Positions 54,509 through 64,000 of a stretch of DNA of 64,000 nucleotides are shown here, piece after piece. The notes beneath the pieces were generated by a model. It saw only the letters and a list, made by a program, of their open reading frames with translations. It ran no database searches and was not told the origin of the DNA. Source of the DNA: the human T2T-CHM13v2.0 reference genome, Homo sapiens; the NCBI RefSeq assembly GCF_009914755.1, contig NC_060938.1. One strand, written 5' to 3'. The translations under genes and the position numbers were made by a program. The stretch's first letter is position 1; each line of letters begins with the position of its first letter.

Positions 54509-56388
54509 CCAACTATGTCAAATCATGATGAAAAATCAAATAAGATGAGAACTGATAACCACTGGATTTGGCAATGCAGAGGTCACTGGTAACCTCAACA
54601 AGAACTGCTATGGTGAAACAGAACAAAGCCAAGAGTAAATGGGAGAAAAGGAACTGAAGATAGTATAAGCAAATTCTTCAAATATTCTCTCATAACACAA
54701 AACCACTGCACACAATGTTACCTCTTCCCAGAATGCTATACCTTCTTTCATTTCTTCTGATGACCCTTCTCCCTATTGTCCTCAAAGACTTAGCTTAGGT
54801 ATTATATTCTATAAGAAACACTGTGAACTTTTTATATCCCCATGTACATACCATATCACAGGTACATTAGTGCTATTCCTAGTATACATATGCTCATTGA
54901 GCATCTGATTGTGTCTAAACTCTGAGTATCTTAAGGCAGGGATTCTTGCACAAAACAGAAGCTCAACAAATATTTCTTGGATGAGAAAACTTTGAAATAA
55001 AAGTTCTTAATAGCTTCTAATAATTCATTATTCCACGTTTTCCTTAATGTATATCCAAAACATGTTTTATTAATTGTCTGCATATTTGCACATAAGACAT
55101 TATAAAATAATAAAGGAAAATAATTAAATGTAAATCTAATAATCTGGCTTCTCCCTAAAGAATATATACTTAATACACATCTATTACAACTTCAACTATT
55201 ATTCTAGTTAATTCCTACTTTTCCTGGAAAACATCTCTTAATTTTATCCCTTAAATTATGCAATATTTAAAAAACCATAAATATTTTGATATTGCAACAC
55301 ATAAAATGAAATCTTACCAAATATAATTGTTACATGGTCTATAAATAAATGTTAAGTCCATCTAATTCTAGTTACTTAAGCACAGGGACATTTTATTAAA
55401 TATGTTTTCTAATACTTTTTGAAGCACTACTTCTACATATTGCACAGTGCTTAAGAAAACTCTGGTATCAGGTTTGAGGAGAGGGTTTGTGCCCATTTCT
55501 CAAACGGCTTGTGTTAAGAATTCTAGGCATGGTGGGGGCAATGTGTTTCCCAAACAGAATAATCTGAGGCACTTTTTAAAAAATAGATTCCTGGGCTCCA
55601 ACCCTAGAAGATTCTGACTTTGTGCGTTTGAGCAAAAGGCTAGAAACTGGTGAAAAGCTCTTCAAACTATTTTGAAGATAAGCCAGGTTTGGGAAATCAT
55701 GAGCATGTATCTAGAAGCATTAAGTAGACTACAAGTAGGTTTCCAGTAATTCCTACCAGAGCTTAAAAAGTTGCTACTCTGAACCCATATAAACACAAAA
55801 AAAATCTATCTACCGTGCAAATGTTATTCTGAATCGCTTTTCCAATTACAATTTTGACTTGCGTTGAATAAATTAAGTTTCTATACCATAAATACTGAGC
55901 TGTCAAAAACCACTTTTACTAAACTACAATAAGACTTGGTCAGTATTTTTTCTTAAGAACACGATTTACCACAAATAAAGAAAATAGCTTCTACACCCTT
56001 CATTTTGTCTTTTAAAAAAGCCATACATAGAAGCAATGAACAGTTATTATTTTAACCTGCAACCATATAGTGTGGTATACTTTTCAAAATATTTCAGATG
56101 CATCGTCATTTGAGCTCATCACCAACTGGTGAGACCCTTTCACTATGTTAAAAAAAAAAAAAAGTACTCTAAATTCTATACCTACTTAATACATAAACAA
56201 TGGGCTCTGACTCCCATAAGGAAAGCAGAGTCAAATAACAAAATGCCCCAAGTTAATTATATTCCATCAATGGTCTTCACTGGTATAGATTATTTGTAAA
56301 CTCTCAATAATATCCTTAAGAACAATCTTGCAAAAATTTGCTTACGGGAAGTACCTAGAATAATAAATTTGAAAAGATATTGCACTCT

Positions 56389-56696
56389 GGCTGCACACGG
56401 TGGCTCACATCTGTAATCCCAACACTTTGGGAGGCGGAAGTGGGAGGATCACTTGAGCCCAGGAGTCCAGCACACCAGCCTGGGCAACATACAGAGACCC
56501 CATCTTTACCGAAAAAAAAAAAAAAATAGCCCAGCATCATGGCCCACATCTGTGGTCTCAGCCACTTGGGGAGGCTGAGGTGGGATGATCACCTGAGCCC
56601 AAGATTTCAAAGATACAGTGAGCAGTGATTGCACCATTGCACTATAGCCTGTGTGACGCAGAGCAAGGGCCTGTCTCAGTTTAAAAAAAAAAAAAA
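56389..56696 (+). mobile_element. AluJ
   Basis: TSD aaaagatattgcactct / aaaagctatcgcattct. Confidence 0.9.
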
Positions 56697-57060
56697 GCTA
56701 TCGCATTCTTGTAACAACTGGCAAAAGTTTCAAAATATAGACCAAGGTATAGATGTGCATCTTATGCTAAAACTGGTAGTAGCTTATTTTATAACTTAGT
56801 CTTAAATCTAGACTAGAGATTTTTATAGATACAGATTTTATAGATTTATAGATTTTATATTGATAGAATAACTGGAGAATTTTATCAATATAACTTGAGA
56901 AAAAGAACAAAAAAGTGACCCCAAAAGCCCTATATTATTTCTGACATTGAAACTAATTGCCATATAAACCAGTTACTAAGATAAATATAACTAAAAGATA
57001 AATGACTAGAGAAGTATACACAAGTAGATGGCAAAAAGAAGATGGAGAACTACAAGCAAC

Positions 57061-57395
57061 ACTGAGAAAATGATGAAATGTCATGTGGCACCACCACTGG
57101 CAATCCCAGGTGATAATAAAATGGTCAAAGAACCAGTAAGCAAATGATAGACTAGTCATGATTCAGCCTTTACTGAGAAAATGATGAAATGTCATGTGGC
57201 ACCACCACTGGCAATCCCAGGTGATAATAAAATGGTCAAAGAACCAGTAAGCAAATGATAGACTAGTCATGATTCAGCCTTTACTGAGAAAATGATGAAA
57301 TGTCATGTGGCACCACCACTGGCAATCCCAGGTGATAATAAAATGGTCAAAGAACCAGTAAGCAAATGATAGACTAGTCATGATTCAGCCTTTAC
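57061..57395. repeat. Perfect tandem repeat, 111 bp x 3
   Basis: Identical units start at 57061, 57172 and 57283; 2-bp 'ac' junction microhomology. Confidence 0.97.
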
Positions 57396-59840
57396 CACCA
57401 ACATTGCACTCACATTTTCAAAACCTGAGGACAATGATCTGCTCATTCTGGAACAGTTCTATCCTCAGACTAAGTAATATTTGACCAATAAGTTTTACAT
57501 AAGTTTCAGGCAAAGGTGGAAACAAAACAGATGATGAAAACAGCACTGACTTTTTATTACTAAAGCTAAGGTTACAGCAACATTGGTTTTCACTATGCAT
57601 CACATTTGTGAATATTACATCTTCTGCTGTGGCATAATTTAAAAATTACTAGAGTTGTTTCTATACTCACAAGTCAAACACTGAACTGAAAAAATATTGA
57701 GGTTTTAATATTAGCTCAATATATTTCACAAACATGAATGATCTGTCATTACTATTTGAAATAAAATGTCCAGAGCCCTTTCACTGATTCCTAAATTATA
57801 TTCTCAGTATCATATTAAATTTGTGCCACCAATTTCAAGATGCTGTATGATTCAGATTTTACTCCCTCATTGAAACTTTTCAGGAAACTTATTTTCATTG
57901 TTATACATTAAAGATGTGTCATTTGGATAAAATCATAAGCATGTATATTCAACGATGAGAAATTCGAGTATGTTTGTTGTTTTGTATAAGTTGTGCAACT
58001 ATACCAAAAGAAAGTCAAAGCATTACCTTCCTTACAGTTTACTGAAACACAATTATGAAATTTAAGCGGTGTGACATATAACACAGCTTCTAATTACTGC
58101 TAGAAGAACAAGATGTAATTTACCTCACCAAATAAATCATATCTAGTTTCAGAAGACCTTAGTGCTATACTGCTCTCATAACCCCCAAGGAGTAAAAACA
58201 ATACAAGTGTACCACGAGAAGACCTCAAAATCCTTCACATTTACTCCACCAGCTGAATTCAACCTAACAGACTAAATTATCTGGAGCAGGGCTTCAGTTA
58301 AGGCTGCTCCAGCTAGGTAAAGCTACTATGCCTGGTACTTTGGGAGACCTAGCATATGGAAAAGAAGGGAGACTTGAAAGGATTAGGGAAAAAGACAAGA
58401 CACTGGGGTAAACTCTACTCTTGGGATAACTAAGAAGATAAATAATTACTACGGGTTTACTTTAGTTTTGTTTTTCCATCAGCAATTTGGGCTATTATAA
58501 TAGGTCTGTAACCCTAATCACCACGATACAGAGTCCCAGCTTGAGAAAAATGAAATGACTTATCAGTTACCTTTTCAAAGTAATACATTAAATACAATCT
58601 GAAAAAGCACTCTGGTGTCCAAAAAACAAAAACAAACAAAAAAAACCAACTGAATACAGAGCACCACCTCATTCCTTACTCTGCAATCTCAATTTTGTCT
58701 TTTCTTATCTTTACTCCATCTTGCCCTACCTCTGTTTGTCCTAGGCATCCTTTCCCTCTTACATATTATAGATGTACAGAGACGCAAAACAGAAGAACAA
58801 CTTTATTTGTGGAATTTACATACCAGGGCTTCTTGCCTACAAGACTTCAAACCAAGGTACCGTATTTGAAATGCCCAATTTAAATCCTGTGCAACATACA
58901 TGAGGGAATAACATTTTGTAACCAAACCCAAATCGTAGAATCTTTGATAAAACCCCAAGAGCACCACACAAACACATTCTCAATTGCTTTTAATATATTT
59001 TCCTCTGTAAAGGACAAAAAATGCTGTGCTTGAGGCAATAATCAGTGGCCTAGAATGATTTCTGAAGCTCTTGACTTTACCATAAAAGTTGTACTAAGAC
59101 ACTGATTGAAAATTACATTTCAAATATACCGCTCACTAAAGAAATGTCAACAAGCTCTGGGACCAACTTTGAGTTATTGTCCAAGGAAGACTAAAAATAG
59201 CCCCCCAATAGCGATTTAATTTTAAGAAAATACAAAAGTAGCTTATTTAGGAGTATTTTAATGAAGATGAAGAGAACTGGAAATCAGTGAAGTTTTCAGC
59301 AGCCTCTTCAGATAAGACCTACCTTAAATTGCCTTCAGGTGTGCACATTTTAACATCCAGTGAATTGCCTGGAGGTTGCCTGGGGTTTCTGCTGATTATA
59401 GCAGGCGGTGAAACCTGAACTAATAATTACGGCCAGGAGGTGAGAGCCCTTCAGGACGCCACCCTGGGCGCGCTCCCCGGGAGCAGCCCACCGCTTGCTG
59501 TGCTTCCATCAGTCCTTTATTAGGTAAAGGGTTTCCCCCCACCCCGGGTGCTTTAAGAATGCGTTTAATAAGAAATTTCTCACAGGATCTAACGGAATAA
59601 AGTGCCACCAAAATAACCTTTTCGCAGTTTTCGTAATTGTGATGGAGTGGGAAAGGGGACAAAGCCGTCAAACCGGGTGCCCGGTGGATCCGCGGACCTG
59701 ATCTTCCTGCACGGACCCGAGAGAGAGTCCCTAGACGAGGAAGAGGGGAAAGGCATTTGTAGGGTGTTAACTGGTGGACTCGGGACCAGAGAGACAGCTG
59801 CGGATTCCCCTCGGGGTGATGCTCCGTGCAGGAGCGGTCA

Positions 59841-60389
<549 letters not shown>

Positions 60390-60554
60390 CTAGTCTCCTC
60401 AGCCCGTAGCGCCTGGGCCGAGAGCGAGGGCCCGCCTCCAGCTCCTCAGCCGCCGCCCGCGCACGCAGCTCCCAGCCCCGGTCACCTGCGGCGCTCGCGC
60501 CCCGCCGCGGCTTTGTAGCCACAGCCTGGCGGACCCGCGCCGCGCACCCCGAAA

Positions 60555-60584
60555 CCGAGCGAGCCGAGCCGAGCCGAGCCGAGC
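60555..60584. repeat. (GAGCC)n pentamer repeat
   Basis: ccgagcgagccgagccgagccgagccgagc. Confidence 0.9.
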
Positions 60585-60999
60585 GGCGGGCGCGCGGCCT
60601 TGCGTGGCCCCGCCCCCTCCCGCGCTCACTCCGCCCCTCCCGGAGCCGAGAAGAGGCTGGAGTTCGCGGGGCCACGGTCTAGTTGCGGAGTCGCTGGGAC
60701 CGCGTCTCTGCAAGTGCGCGGGCCGGTGAGCCCTCCCTCGTTGAGCTGCTTAAGCCCAGGCGGACCCTCGGCGACCCCGGGCTCCCGCTGCTTTGCGTCC
60801 TCAACCGGGAAGCACCTGCCGGTTCCGCACGGTCCCTGCACCCAGCGTAGGCCACGTTTTTGCCTGGGAAAATCCACACCGGGATGCTAAATTCTCTTTT
60901 TTACGCTTGATACCTTGTGTGTCTTGCTGCCTTATAGTGCTTTCGGACCCAGACATTGGAATGATGCCGAGCTTCCTAAATGTGCTTTTAAATTATTAT

Positions 61000-61282
61000 T
61001 TTTAGAAACAGAGCCTCGCTCTGTCGCCCAGGCTGGAGTGGAGTGGCGCAGTCTCAGCTCACTGTAGCCTCCAACTCCTGGGCTCCAGCGATCCTCCCGC
61101 CTCAGTCTCCGGAGTAGTAAGGAGTACAGTTGCGTACCACTATGCCCGGCAAATGTTTTGCTTTGTTTTTAAGTTTATTTTGTAGAGGCGGGGGTCTTGC
61201 TGTGTTGCCCAGGCTGGTCTCCACCTCCTGACCTTCAGCAGTTCTTCTGCCTCAGGCCTCCCAAAGCGCTGGGATTACAGGC
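61000..61282 (-). mobile_element. AluJ bordering the CpG island
   Basis: Diverged dimer. Confidence 0.88.
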
Positions 61283-62849
61283 CCAATCCACTGCTCCTGG
61301 TCCTAAGTGTATGTTTTCTTAAGTGACCGCAAAGCTGAAGGTAGACTTTAGATGGTAAACTGACATGTGAGATCTGATTTCCGAATAGCAAAAAAAAAAA
61401 AAATTGTACTTCGATTTTTTTAAAAATGACTGGGACATCACCAACAGTTACTCTTAATTAAATAAATTCAATTGTGATCCTGTAGAAAACTCCTGTAATA
61501 AAAGTATTGGGAACAATCAATTCCTGACTATGTCATTTCCCCTCCTACTCAGTTGTGTCCTCTTCTCACAGGAATATGAACAAGATTTATCAATACCTCT
61601 AAAAATAATTGGAAATCCACAATTTAAAAAGTGTTAAGTTCAGGATGGCCACAAGATTTACAACAAAAAAATACTAATTCAGGATATACCAATATGAACC
61701 CTTATTGTCTAAAAATTACTGTTTGATTTCCATAGGAAATACCAAGACAGAAATCTGACAAAAGCTAAAATAAACTACCATCGTTTCAAGAAATATGACT
61801 CCAAAAGGGGTTGACTCCTGTGTGGTACAGATATATTGGAATAGATGTTATCCAATGTCTACTTCCTCAAAGATGCCAGTTACTAACTTGAGACAGGATT
61901 ACCGTTTCGTCTTTGATTATGACTTCTAATCTGCAAGCAGTTTACATGCAGGAAATAAAGGCCATCTGAAAGGAATTTACATAGATGTCATGAAAAGTAA
62001 ACTCTGAAAGAGTTTCCATTCTGGGCAGAATCTGAAAAAGAGGAATAGCTTTCTGGCAGCTGCTGCAAATAAACAAAGAAATCAGGCCTGAGAAGTGGCT
62101 CTAAGGCCCATGTAGGGTACCCTGGGCAAAAGCACACACAGTTTCTCTTTGTCACCAGGAGGGCGTTTTCTGTTTTTTAATAAGAATATGTTCTAATTCA
62201 CTAGTGAGTTCCTTGAAATCCCCTGGTGAGAAAAAGAAAAATTGTTGATTATTTAAATTCAAGCAGTGAACTTAGAAAACATTAAATATTTGTTGCTATA
62301 CATTTGTGATATATTAATTACTGGTTACATGTAAATTTTATGAGACGAGATGGAAGAATATAGTTTTTTCTATGTTTCGGATTTTTCAGCACAATATCTT
62401 ATGGATCCCATGATACACACTTAAGTACTCAGATTAATAAGAGATTTAAGTAATTTATTTTCCCATTATCATATTTTCCATTACGATTTTAATGACCCAA
62501 GTGTAGAGTGCGAAGCAAAAACATTCTTAATTAAACCATCCTCAACTGGCGACTCAAGACCAAAAGAGACAGCCGAGGCACAAAGGTGGCTAGAAAATGA
62601 ACCATTCATGAATACTAGAGGAAGAAAAAAACAAACCTGATCAGTTCTTACCCTCACAACTTTATATAATCCAGTATTACCAATGTCACATCAGAAAGCT
62701 TAATGAAGCTTCTATTGCTAGGTGATATTCCATCATCTGTATCCTGTGAAAGTAATGCAAATAAGGATGTGGGAGAAAGAAACAAAAAATTATACACATC
62801 AACAAATGGACATTTGTTAAGCATTCCAGACGAAGGCTGCAATACCCCC

Positions 62850-63198
62850 TGTATTCGTCCGTTCTCATGCTGCTAATAAAGACATACCTGAGACTGGGTA
62901 ATTTATAAAGAAAAGAGGTTTAATTGACTCACAGTTCCGCATTGCTAAGGAGGCCTCACAATCATGGTGGAAGGCAAAGAGGAGCAAAGTCGCACATGGC
63001 AGCAGACAAGAAGAATTTGCGCAGGGGAGCTCCATTTATAAAACCATCAGATCTCATGAGACTTATTCACTACCACTAGAACAGTATGGGGGAAACCACC
63101 CCCACGATTCAATTATCCCCACCTGGCACCACCCTTGACATGTGGGGATTATTACAATTCAAGGTGATATTTGGGTGGGATACAGCCAAACCATATCA
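62850..63198 (-). mobile_element. THE1 (B/C-like) solo LTR
   Basis: tgtatt...aaaccatatca; TSD ccccc. Confidence 0.9.
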
Positions 63199-63307
63199 CC
63201 CCCTTTGGTAATCTAGTTCCTGAAACTTGAGTTCCTAGTATGGAATTTGAGATATTTGAAATATTTCTAAAATTCAGGCAAATAAATCATGTGCTGGCTA
63301 CTGATTA

Positions 63308-64000
<693 letters not shown>

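Noticed and set aside
57061-57395. CRISPR-like array or coding repeat (111 = 37 x 3)
   Set aside because: The units are contiguous with no unique spacers, the context is eukaryotic with no cas genes, and no ORF runs through the array.

Overview
Primate, most likely human, genomic DNA; no prokaryotic features. The window holds the 5' part of EML5 (echinoderm microtubule-associated protein-like 5, HELP/WD40 protein) on the minus strand. It has a CpG-island promoter at about 59.4-60.9 kb and coding exons 1-7 (197, 160, 99, 69, 186, 136 and 202 nt; 1049 nt in total). All exons have GT-AG boundaries and splice into one open frame; the gene continues past position 1. Most of the rest is transposon-derived: Alu/FAM, L1, L2, MIR, DNA-transposon MERs and solo LTRs. 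Repeat subfamily names come from remembered consensus sequences and are approximate. The most unusual feature is a ~5 kb block of ordinary, partly older genomic DNA lodged inside a TSD-bounded L1MA element, with micro-inversions and duplications at its right junction. Also notable are a perfect 111 bp x3 tandem repeat 2.5 kb into intron 1, a twin-primed inverted L1PA, and several candidate post-transcriptional controls on EML5 (uORFs, a cryptic poison exon, inverted Alus around exons). I found no evidence for a new protein-coding system.
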